A stretch of 38,326 bases of DNA from an uncultured Candidatus Saccharibacteria bacterium (GTDB lineage: Bacteria > Patescibacteriota > Minisyncoccia > Phycocordibacterales > UBA9973): contig CAZAFG010000001.1 in NCBI GenBank assembly GCA_964484865.1, positions 24,804 to 63,129 of the forward strand, written 5' to 3'. Position numbers and translations under genes: made by a program. Positions 17,716 to 24,601 of this stretch are shown piece by piece. Below the pieces are notes generated by a model that saw only the letters and a program-made list of their open reading frames with translations, did no database searches and was not told the origin of the DNA. The first letter of the stretch is position 1. Every line of letters begins with the position of its first letter.

Positions 17716-18204
17716 CTAAGCATTAGGCATGTCTCTACCACCCCAAAGGTTGCTAGTGCCGATAGCATCATTACCAGATGCTTTGATGTACAAGAAAAGT
17801 TGCATCTTGTATGCTACTGCATTTTTCAAAACTCCCATAAGTCTCTCGGAAAGTGGTGCAGTGTTGCCCCAGATAGTCGCCATGGTTTTCATATCTTCAT
17901 CAGTCAAAGCTCCGACTTTTTCTGTAACTACACTTGCCTGCTCATCCATCTTGCTTACAAAATTTTCATAAGTGATAGAGTCTTTGGATTTAGAAAGTTC
18001 GATATACATATCTTGGCTTCCAGCGATATGGGCCAAGACCCCAGTCGAAATCATCTGACCCATGTACTGCAAGAGCTCAAGGGTGGTGCGTTGTTTTTCG
18101 GTAGGCTTGTAATCAAGCTTAGAAGCGTCGATCTTCTCCCATAGGTGCTTAATAATGCTTATTTCCCAAAGTAAACTTGCGATAAATTGTTCTTTTGTGA
18201 TCAT
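17716..18204 (-). CDS. DinB-like four-helix-bundle protein (tentative)
   Basis: ORF 17716..18273 trimmed to ATG 18204 (MITKEQF). That ATG follows TGT-TATACT-N8, and the longer version would run through the upstream gene's terminator. The family call rests on helix and His patterns only. Confidence 0.65.
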   Translation of the reverse strand: MITKEQFIASLLWEISIIKHLWEKIDASKLDYKPTEKQRTTLELLQYMGQMISTGVLAHIAGSQDMYIELSKSKDSITYENFVSKMDEQASVVTEKVGALTDEDMKTMATIWGNTAPLSERLMGVLKNAVAYKMQLFLYIKASGNDAIGTSNLWGGRDMPNA

Positions 18205-18212
18205 AGGCAGAT

Positions 18213-18221
18213 AGTATAACA
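18213..18221 (-). promoter_or_regulatory. Extended -10 box, apparent leaderless promoter
   Basis: Minus strand reads TGT-TATACT-N8-ATG(18204). Confidence 0.5.
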
Positions 18222-18242
18222 CATTTTTAGTTATTTTTCTTA

Positions 18243-18270
18243 AAATAAAAAAAGGATCCCTAAGGATCCT
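18243..18270 (-). terminator. Rho-independent terminator of 18310..18696
   Basis: On the minus strand, AGGATCC-ttag-GGATCCT is followed by TTTTTTTATTTT. Confidence 0.7.
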
Positions 18271-18309
18271 CAATCATTCACTCACAAATCTAAAAACAAA
18301 AAACAATCT

Positions 18310-18696
18310 TTAGTAGCAGGCTTCACACACGATAGTCTCGTGGTGGAACAATTCTCGCACTTTTCCGATAATTTCGGAGAAAATTTTCCTTTCCTCGGCA
18401 TACCGAGGATGGATGATCCGACCTGAATTGTCAGTCACCTTCAGGATTTTCATCCTCCTTTTAAAGGAATATCGTGCATCGTTACATACTTCGCAACGGT
18501 GGTTCTTTACTGGGCATTTTTCCAACAGAAAGTGAACCGTAATCTGGCTTGGTATTTGAGTTTCTGACTCTATCCCGTAGTCTCTTAAATTGAGATATTG
18601 TTTACCGGGCTTACTCTCACTCGCACGCAATCGCAGGTTGGCGTTAGAGCGATATAGTCCATCCGCTCCTTTAATAACAGTTTTGGTAGTTTCCAT
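18310..18696 (-). CDS. Hypothetical protein with two distant CxxC pairs (putative zinc-binding)
   Basis: 128-aa ORF with its own -35/-10 promoter and terminator. Cysteine pairs are CEVC and CEAC, the latter at the extreme C-terminus. I recognise no family. Confidence 0.7.
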   Translation of the reverse strand: METTKTVIKGADGLYRSNANLRLRASESKPGKQYLNLRDYGIESETQIPSQITVHFLLEKCPVKNHRCEVCNDARYSFKRRMKILKVTDNSGRIIHPRYAEERKIFSEIIGKVRELFHHETIVCEACY

Positions 18697-18721
18697 ATTC
18701 AGTGTTTACAATGTTTCAGGC

Positions 18722-18750
18722 ATTATAAAACACTTGCTCTCTTTTGTAAA
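18722..18750 (-). promoter_or_regulatory. Canonical -35/-10 promoter
   Basis: Minus strand reads TTTACA-17 nt-TATAAT, 25 nt upstream of ATG 18696. Confidence 0.6.
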
Positions 18751-18784
18751 GAGTAAGGAATATGTACTTTATTAAGGAGTAGTT

Positions 18785-19438
18785 TTATTGCGCCTTCAAC
18801 TTCATCATCGCGTTTACATCGATACCGGAAGGAGTAGATGCACCTGGAGCCATTTTCATCATTGCGCTCAAATCCATAAAGGTAACACTTGTTGGCAATG
18901 TAAACTTGGATTCATCTCGCACCCAAGGTTCACATTTGTAGTCCACCTGGGAATCAAGATTTACAGATTGACCATTTGAAGATGTCGCAGAATTTGCATT
19001 CATCTCAGCTACATTCATTTTAACTCCTTGATTTCCACTCCAAGCGTATGACATACCACCCTTCATCACCATGTATGAAGCTACAGTTCCAGAACTTGTG
19101 GTAGAAGAAAAGTTTCCACTCATGTCTCCATTAGAACCTATATAAGTCGTACCACTAGATGTGATCCCGCCAGCAGTACTAGTAAAAGTACACATAGTGT
19201 TTTGCCCGATTGCTAATAGCGAGCGAAGTGAACCCTTAGCATTAACATTCGCTTTTGCTTCTACATCTAGATTAGCATTCACTTGTGTTTCAACATTAGC
19301 ATCTAATTGCATTTCTTTCTTAACCTTATTCTTTTGAGCTATATAAGCTCCTCCGCCGACTGCAAGCACAGCTATAATAGCTATTATAATAATTGGTGCA
19401 AAACCAGACTCTTGATTGTTTATTTTAAATATTTTCAT
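18785..19438 (-). CDS. Membrane-anchored extracytoplasmic protein of unknown function
   Basis: ORF 18785..19471 trimmed to ATG 19438 (MKIFKINNQESGFAPIIIIAIIAVLAVGGG), which follows TATAAT-N6. It has one TM, then an S/T/G/N-rich domain with two Cys. Confidence 0.7.
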   Translation of the reverse strand: MKIFKINNQESGFAPIIIIAIIAVLAVGGGAYIAQKNKVKKEMQLDANVETQVNANLDVEAKANVNAKGSLRSLLAIGQNTMCTFTSTAGGITSSGTTYIGSNGDMSGNFSSTTSSGTVASYMVMKGGMSYAWSGNQGVKMNVAEMNANSATSSNGQSVNLDSQVDYKCEPWVRDESKFTLPTSVTFMDLSAMMKMAPGASTPSGIDVNAMMKLKAQ

Positions 19439-19444
19439 GCTTTT

Positions 19445-19450
19445 ATTATA
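19445..19450 (-). promoter_or_regulatory. -10 box, apparent leaderless promoter
   Basis: Minus strand reads TATAAT-N6-ATG(19438). Confidence 0.5.
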
Positions 19451-19473
19451 CCGCATTCTCCTCTCTCCCATAC

Positions 19474-19502
19474 TTGACTTTTTAACTAAAAAGGTGTATA
19501 AT
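19474..19502 (+). promoter_or_regulatory. Canonical -35/extended -10 promoter
   Basis: TTGACT-17 nt (ending in TG)-TATAAT, 22 nt upstream of ATG 19525. Confidence 0.7.
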
Positions 19503-19524
19503 ACAGCAAAATCGAAAACAAAAT

Positions 19525-20055
19525 ATGAAAAGACAGAAAGTGAAGCCGATCAGCTTAGAAAGCTTGCGGCTTAGTAGAGGTTTTAAAAGCCTTGAGTCAT
19601 TTTGCGCCAAGTACGAAAAAGTTACCGGAGAGAGATTGCCGGACAGCACCATGTCTGCATATGAACTCGAAGGCTGCAGGATAAGTACGAGACGCTTGAA
19701 AAACATGACGAAGGTTCTCAAACTCACCCCTGATGAGGTAAAAGGACTGGAAGCATTTTTCAAAGACCACAAAAAACCACTTCGACATGTGGCCCAACAC
19801 CCAAAGCATAAAAACAAGCATCCCAAAAGTGGAGTGCGGAAGAAACCTCAAACGAGGATGTTGCGGAGAGAGGGCACCGGCGCCAGAAAAGCTACCACAA
19901 AGAAAGTGGTGACTGGAATAATCCCTGGTATGAACGAAGCTGGAAACTTTTTGATCCTTTGCAAGGAGCGAGCACAATTGTTGGGCGACAAAATCAACGA
20001 TATTGCTGTACTCACTGCTATCTTTATGGAGGCAAATGGTGTAAAAACCAAGTAA
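19525..20055 (+). CDS. XRE-like helix-turn-helix protein with basic linker and C-terminal domain
   Basis: The N-terminus ISLESLRLSRGFKSLESFCAKYEKVTGERLPDSTMSAYELEGCRISTRRL is HTH-like, followed by a K/R/H-rich linker. The gene is flanked by a strong promoter and terminator. It is GC-richer than its neighbours. Confidence 0.7.
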   Translation: MKRQKVKPISLESLRLSRGFKSLESFCAKYEKVTGERLPDSTMSAYELEGCRISTRRLKNMTKVLKLTPDEVKGLEAFFKDHKKPLRHVAQHPKHKNKHPKSGVRKKPQTRMLRREGTGARKATTKKVVTGIIPGMNEAGNFLILCKERAQLLGDKINDIAVLTAIFMEANGVKTK

Positions 20056-20075
20056 GCTTACATAAGCCGAACAAC

Positions 20076-20114
20076 AAATCCCCGAATACCATCATGGTAC
20101 GCGGGGATTTTTTA
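20076..20114 (+). terminator. Rho-independent terminator
   Basis: AAATCCCCG-17 nt-CGGGGATTT followed by TTTATTTTTT. Confidence 0.75.
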
Positions 20115-20147
20115 TTTTTTATTCTATAGTTTGACTACACTAATAAT

Positions 20148-21398
20148 TTAAGTATTTATCCCAGCAATATATCCAGTAGTCCAGCAGAGTTGAAGAGAAA
20201 ATCCTCCTGTGGGGCGAGTGATATGAAGCAAGTCTCCAGTTATAAATAAATTATTATACATTTTCGACTGCATAGTTTTTGTATTAATTTCAGTGAGCAC
20301 TACTCCACCATCCGCAACCACCGCTCTGTCATAACCCATTAGTCCCTCTACAGTCACCGGCATTGCTTTTAGAGTATGACAAAGCAATTTTCTTTCTTCT
20401 TTTGTAATCGAATGCACTTTTTTATTAAAATCTATATCTTGAAATAAAATCTCTAGTCCGTTAAGCGTGCCAACCGGGGCTATTTCGTTTACGATATTTT
20501 TTAGTATTTTATTCTTGTTTTCGTCAAAAACTTTTATTATTTTCTTTTCATATTCACCTATATCCATACTTGGATATGCATCTATTGTTGCCGTAACTAA
20601 GCCTTCGTGCAAAAGATCAGCGACTTTCTTGGAACTGTTTAAAATGAGTGGTCCCGAGAGTCCAAAGTGCGTGCAAAGCACATCACCTTTAGCATTAAAT
20701 TTCTTCTTACCGTCGAGGTAAAAAGTTATTTTCATATTTTTAATAGAGACGCCTTTGATCACATGCACCCATCGTTCTTTGACTCGAATCGGTACGATAT
20801 TTGGAGATGGATCTTTGACTGTATGCCCTAAATCTTTTAACCATTTAAATCCATCCCCCGTAGAACCAGTCTCTGGATGCGAGACTCCGCCCGTAGCTAG
20901 GATATAAGATTTGGCCTTATATACTCCGTCCTTAGTTTCAATTCCAACGATATTTTTTGTTTTACTGTCACTTAGTATTTTAAGTACAGAGCAATTGCTC
21001 TTGATCACGACATTTCCTTTATCCATATATTTTTTCAAAGTATTGAAAACATCGAGAGCTCGTTCTGTTTTTGGAAATGCTCGCTTACGATCTTGAACTA
21101 CGAGTGGCAAACCTTGGCCTTCAAAAAACTCAAAACTTTCCTTATTTCCAAACTGAGAAAATGGTGAACGCAAAAAGTCTTCACTCTCTCCATAGAATTT
21201 TACAAAAGTTCTGATATTTTCTTCAGCATTAGTAATGTTACATCTCCCTCCTCCAGAGATCTTTAATTTCTCACCTAGATTTTTATTCTTTTCGATAAGT
21301 AAAACTTTTTTACCTTTATTTCCTGCAACGCCAGCAGCCATCATCCCAGATGCTCCTCCGCCGATTACAATAACATCGTACATCTTAAAAGAATTCAT
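20148..21398 (-). CDS. HI0933/BaiN-like NAD(P)/FAD-dependent oxidoreductase
   Basis: Contains the dinucleotide-binding YDVIVIGGGASGMMAA and the family signature ISGGGRCNITN. An alternative start is at 21383. Confidence 0.9.
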   Translation of the reverse strand: MNSFKMYDVIVIGGGASGMMAAGVAGNKGKKVLLIEKNKNLGEKLKISGGGRCNITNAEENIRTFVKFYGESEDFLRSPFSQFGNKESFEFFEGQGLPLVVQDRKRAFPKTERALDVFNTLKKYMDKGNVVIKSNCSVLKILSDSKTKNIVGIETKDGVYKAKSYILATGGVSHPETGSTGDGFKWLKDLGHTVKDPSPNIVPIRVKERWVHVIKGVSIKNMKITFYLDGKKKFNAKGDVLCTHFGLSGPLILNSSKKVADLLHEGLVTATIDAYPSMDIGEYEKKIIKVFDENKNKILKNIVNEIAPVGTLNGLEILFQDIDFNKKVHSITKEERKLLCHTLKAMPVTVEGLMGYDRAVVADGGVVLTEINTKTMQSKMYNNLFITGDLLHITRPTGGFSLQLCWTTGYIAGINT

Positions 21399-21416
21399 AT
21401 AAATTGGGTCTTTAAC

Positions 21417-21815
21417 CTATTCTGTAGTTTGTCCATCAAACTCTTCCGAACTAGCATCAGCTTCTGCTTTAGTTTTATGTATAGTTCCATCTTTATGGTG
21501 GGCAGGTGAATATATCGTGTAAAGTTTTAAAGTCTCTGATCCAGTATTTTCCACATTGTGCTTAGCACCAGAAGGTACCACTATGCCATCACCATCCCCT
21601 ACTTCATACACACTTTCGTTTATGGTGACTTTTCCTTGCCCTTTCTCGACACGAAAAAATTGATCAGTATCCGTGTGGACTTCGAAGCCTATCTCGCCGC
21701 CTGCTGGTATCGCCATCAAGACTAGCTGGCTGTGCTCGCCAGTGTATACAGCCTTTCGAAAATTATCATTCTCTTCAGTTATTTTTTCAATATTGTCTTT
21801 AAATCCTTTTTTCAT
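21417..21815 (-). CDS. Cupin domain protein
   Basis: 132 aa with cupin motifs (GGEIGFEVHTDTDQFFRV...GIVVPSGAKHNVENTG). Confidence 0.85.
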   Translation of the reverse strand: MKKGFKDNIEKITEENDNFRKAVYTGEHSQLVLMAIPAGGEIGFEVHTDTDQFFRVEKGQGKVTINESVYEVGDGDGIVVPSGAKHNVENTGSETLKLYTIYSPAHHKDGTIHKTKAEADASSEEFDGQTTE

Positions 21816-21821
21816 ACTCTT

Positions 21822-21827
21822 ATTATA
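21822..21827 (-). promoter_or_regulatory. -10 box, apparent leaderless promoter of cupin gene
   Basis: Minus strand reads TATAAT-N6-ATG(21815). Confidence 0.5.
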
Positions 21828-21838
21828 CTACAAATAAA

Positions 21839-22393
21839 TTATTCATTATCCAAGATATCCCAAAGGTATAGAGTTAGTGTTGTCCGCTCGCCATTGTGGG
21901 CAAGGGCAAGTTTTAACATCTGCGATTCACTTGGCAGAGATTTGAGTTTAAAAGCTTTTTGGAATCCTTTTTTAGTGCCCAGGTCCCCCACTGGTAAAAT
22001 ATCCGGCCTATTGAGTGCAAAGATTAAAAACATATCCGCCGTCCATGGACCTATGCCTTTGACCTGTAGCAAATGCTCTTTCACCTCAACATCAGTCATC
22101 TTGTGAAAATTTTTGTGATTGATAGTTTTATTTTTAAATTTCTCCGCCAAGTCTTTCAAATACCCCGCCTTTTGCGGAGATATCCCAGCAGATTTTAGTT
22201 GAGCAATACTAAAATTCAAAAATAATTCTGGGCTAGGTTTTTTCCGTCCGAAAAGTTTTAAGAATTTCCCGTAAATCGCATTCCCAGCCTTAGTAGAAAT
22301 CTGTTGGTATATTATTGACCTGGCCAAAGATAAAAAAGCATTTTTCGTCGGCTCAATTTTCCGCAACTTCTTTTTATCAATCTTAAGTTTCAT
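21839..22393 (-). CDS. HhH-GPD DNA glycosylase (3-methyladenine glycosylase II/AlkA-like)
   Basis: Contains the helix-hairpin-helix VKGIGPWTADMFLIF and the catalytic-Asp region PDILPVGDLG. Confidence 0.85.
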   Translation of the reverse strand: MKLKIDKKKLRKIEPTKNAFLSLARSIIYQQISTKAGNAIYGKFLKLFGRKKPSPELFLNFSIAQLKSAGISPQKAGYLKDLAEKFKNKTINHKNFHKMTDVEVKEHLLQVKGIGPWTADMFLIFALNRPDILPVGDLGTKKGFQKAFKLKSLPSESQMLKLALAHNGERTTLTLYLWDILDNE

Positions 22394-22397
22394 AATT

Positions 22398-22763
22398 TTA
22401 TTTCCCTAAAACCTCTTTCACTCGGAATTTTATAATTTTTTGAAGGAGTGCGGTGGGTATTGGTTTATCTAACGGCAATTGCACTGCTCCCTTGCTTGTC
22501 TTGTACATGCCCAGATCTTTTTTAAAACTTTTGACTCCAGACGGTGTCGGGTAAAAACCTATATGCGCCACATAGCCCGCAAAGTAAACCAAGGGCTTGC
22601 CGTTTAATTTATACGCTGGCATACCATAGCTGATCCCCTCAATAGCCTTCGGCGCTTCTTTTTTAATCAAAGCTCGAATAGCTTTCAATTTCTCTCCGAC
22701 TTCTTTTGGATAACCTTTGATATATTCATCTACAGTTTTGATATCTAAATTCATTTTTCGCAT
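22398..22763 (-). CDS. DUF1801 (YdhG-like) domain protein
   Basis: VDEYIKGYPKEVGEKLKAIRALIKKEAPKAIEGISYGMPAYKLNGKPLVYFAGYVAHIGFYP is the DUF1801 pattern. The start at 22763 is supported by a perfect leaderless signature. Confidence 0.85.
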   Translation of the reverse strand: MRKMNLDIKTVDEYIKGYPKEVGEKLKAIRALIKKEAPKAIEGISYGMPAYKLNGKPLVYFAGYVAHIGFYPTPSGVKSFKKDLGMYKTSKGAVQLPLDKPIPTALLQKIIKFRVKEVLGK

Positions 22764-22769
22764 ATACTG

Positions 22770-22778
22770 ATTATATCA
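22770..22778 (-). promoter_or_regulatory. Extended -10 box, apparent leaderless promoter
   Basis: Minus strand reads TGA-TATAAT-N6-ATG(22763). Confidence 0.6.
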
Positions 22779-22833
22779 AATAAAATGAACTGAATAATTC
22801 TATAGATAAATAGCTTATTTTGACGACGCATTA

Positions 22834-22839
22834 TATAAT
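22834..22839 (+). promoter_or_regulatory. -10 box, apparent leaderless promoter
   Basis: TATAAT-N6-ATG(22846). Confidence 0.55.
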
Positions 22840-22845
22840 CACTCT

Positions 22846-23079
22846 ATGGAAAATGAAGATGAAGAAATAGTGGTAAAAGATAGCAATGGCAACATTCTCG
22901 CAAATGGCGATAGTATCGTCCTCATTAAAGACTTAAAACTAAAAGGTAGTTCTACTGTTATCAAAAGAGGCGCAAAAGCAAAAAGTATTCGCCTGACTGA
23001 TGACGAAGGTGAGATAGAGTGTAGCATTGACGGAATGAAAGGCATCGTCCTTAAAACTGAATTTATCAAGAAAGCCTAA
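22846..23079 (+). CDS. PhnA C-terminal-domain-like small protein
   Basis: VKDSNGNILANGDSIVLIKDLKLKGSSTVIKRGAKAKSIRL...IECSIDGMKGIVLKTEFIKKA matches the PhnA/YjdM C-terminal domain. Confidence 0.85.
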   Translation: MENEDEEIVVKDSNGNILANGDSIVLIKDLKLKGSSTVIKRGAKAKSIRLTDDEGEIECSIDGMKGIVLKTEFIKKA

Positions 23080-23081
23080 CT

Positions 23082-23109
23082 AAAAAAAACCGCATTAAGC
23101 GGTTTTTTT
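23082..23109. terminator. Bidirectional Rho-independent terminator
   Basis: AAAAAAAACCGC-attaa-GCGGTTTTTTT sits between convergent genes. The last codons of the 55-aa ORF lie inside it. Confidence 0.75.
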
Positions 23110-23262
23110 GAAATCTGTATTATTTAAAATTTTTCTTTGATCTTCAGTAGCTTTCCGTATGACTTCTTTAAAAACTTTCTTTTTCTCGCCAGAAGACGCC
23201 TCACGGAAAAAACGAGAGAATTCAGTATCTTTTTTCTTGTTTGTAGTTAAAAAAGTAAACAT
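23095..23262 (-). CDS. Unlisted 55-aa Lys-rich ORF, candidate partner (antitoxin?) of the zeta-like kinase
   Basis: My translation is MFTFLTTNKKKDTEFSRFFREASSGEKKKVFKEVIRKATEDQRKILNNTDFKKTA, with a TAA stop. It starts 4 nt after the zeta stop on the same strand and is preceded by TGT-TATCAT-N6-ATG. Confidence 0.55.
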   Translation of the reverse strand: MFTFLTTNKKKDTEFSRFFREASSGEKKKVFKEVIRKATEDQRKILNNTDFKKTA

Positions 23263-23266
23263 ATAA

Positions 23267-23977
23267 TTATGATAACATATTATTTAATGTATCAGTAGTG
23301 TAACTTTCTTTAACATAATTGTCAATATTGTCAATATTTTCCTGATAATCTTGAACTGCACCATGTATATTCTTAACCAATAAATACAATATCACTTGAG
23401 GAAAATCAATCTTAATTTGATTAACTACAGTACGAGCTTTAAAATATTCTTCTATGAAAGATTCTTTAGGTATATGCCTGCCATCTTTCAACTCCCTTGC
23501 TTTCACAAATTCCCACGCTTGAAGTGGGTCTTGGTAAACATAGATAACTTGGACTAACCTATTATGGTCCAAAGATCTTTGTACATTTGATTTTGCTTTA
23601 TCAATTTTTGAAAAAGTTGTATCAAATACAAAACTTATCTTCTTTTTAATTGCTAAATCGTGAATTTTCTCAGCTAAAATCGAGGTGGCTCCTTGAAATA
23701 AAGTTGAATTTTTACCTGTGTAGTCTTGAAAGTACTGCCTCAGTTCATCTGGATCAATTCTTAAAATTGGGGCATCCTTTCTATCAAATTCTTCGATAAG
23801 TCTTTTAGAAGATTCAGTCTTACCTGCACCTGGTGATCCGGCCATAAATACAGAAATAGGATTCGTTTCTGAAGGGTATTTAGAAATTATCTCCTTTGCA
23901 ATTCTATTCTTATTAGAGCGTGCGTATTCTTCAGCGTTTTCTTTAATTTTGAGATCTTCGTTAGATAATTCCAACAT
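23267..23977 (-). CDS. Zeta-toxin family P-loop kinase
   Basis: Contains Walker A MAGSPGAGKTE, then ILRIDPDELRQYF with the conserved Asp. Size and layout match PF06414-type zeta/PezT toxins. Confidence 0.8.
   Translation of the reverse strand: MLELSNEDLKIKENAEEYARSNKNRIAKEIISKYPSETNPISVFMAGSPGAGKTESSKRLIEEFDRKDAPILRIDPDELRQYFQDYTGKNSTLFQGATSILAEKIHDLAIKKKISFVFDTTFSKIDKAKSNVQRSLDHNRLVQVIYVYQDPLQAWEFVKARELKDGRHIPKESFIEEYFKARTVVNQIKIDFPQVILYLLVKNIHGAVQDYQENIDNIDNYVKESYTTDTLNNMLS
23269..23277 (-). promoter_or_regulatory. Extended -10 box inside the zeta 3' end, driving the 55-aa ORF
   Basis: Minus strand reads TGT-TATCAT-N6-ATG(23262). The N6 spacer contains the zeta stop codon. Confidence 0.5.
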
Positions 23978-23983
23978 TACTAG

Positions 23984-23992
23984 ATTATAACA
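23984..23992 (-). promoter_or_regulatory. Extended -10 box, apparent leaderless promoter of zeta-like gene
   Basis: Minus strand reads TGT-TATAAT-N6-ATG(23977). Confidence 0.6.
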
Positions 23993-24301
23993 TGAGTTAG
24001 ACGACTATATTTTATCTTTGTCAAAAACAATTTAGCTATATTTATCAAGATAATTTAATAACCTAAGATTGACGTTTTTAAATTTTGTCCTTTACTACAA
24101 AAAGTATGGAAAATTTGTTGCGATCTAAGAAGATTTCAGGGACAATTTACTTAATTGAAAAAGCCAGAACCAAAAAGGTTCCGACTAATTCAAGATTATA
24201 AATGCTAAAAGCCGACCAATATATTACCTGTCCGGAAATAGGTCGAACGGCTGATTAGCAAACTCATAATTCATACATATACTTTAGTATAAAAATGACC
24301 G

Positions 24302-24538
24302 TTGAGCAAGTTAACATTGAAATTTAAATATATGGCACAAGATGCACCAGGAATGAAGGGGCACCGCTCCCGAAATATCAGTGGTCCTTTGCGTGAAAAG
24401 CGTGGTGATACTTACGTAGGAACCATTGAAAAACAATATGGAGTTAACTTTGGAGTAAGATCAGATATGCACCTCGATACACTTTTAGAACAACAAGGCT
24501 ACGAGTCGTTGAATGATCTTCTTCATAAAGAAAAGTAG
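24302..24538 (+). CDS. Small basic hypothetical protein
   Basis: The ORF starts at TTG 24302, 8 nt after TATAAA. An alternative ATG at 24332 gives 68 aa (MAQDAPGMKGHRSRNISGPLREKRGDTYVGTIEKQYGVNFGVRSDMHLDTLLEQQGYESLNDLL). I recall similar small proteins in other bacteria but cannot name a family. Confidence 0.55.
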   Translation: MSKLTLKFKYMAQDAPGMKGHRSRNISGPLREKRGDTYVGTIEKQYGVNFGVRSDMHLDTLLEQQGYESLNDLLHKEK

Positions 24539-24557
24539 GGACTACTGAGCTTTGCAC

Positions 24558-24601
24558 CGAGAACTAGAAAATCCGCTTTTAAGCGGATTTTCTAGTTCTC
24601 G
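24558..24601. terminator. 44-nt perfect palindrome (21-bp arms) at convergent gene junction
   Basis: CGAGAACTAGAAAATCCGCTT-tt-AAGCGGATTTTCTAGTTCTCG. The right arm contains the last three codons and the TAG stop of the RM gene. Confidence 0.85.

Noticed and set aside
19482-20051. Three minus-strand ORFs (114, 126 and 67 aa) opposite the HTH gene.
   Set aside because: The plus-strand gene has a consensus promoter, a terminator and an HTH-like N-terminus. The antisense ORFs are Cys/Phe/Ser-rich and probably result from the locally higher GC content.
24106-24258. Tiny plus-strand ORFs (31 aa at 24106..24201, 18 aa at 24202..24258) as candidate upstream antitoxins of the zeta-like gene.
   Set aside because: They are on the wrong strand for an operon with the kinase, have no -10 spacing signature and show no recognisable fold features.
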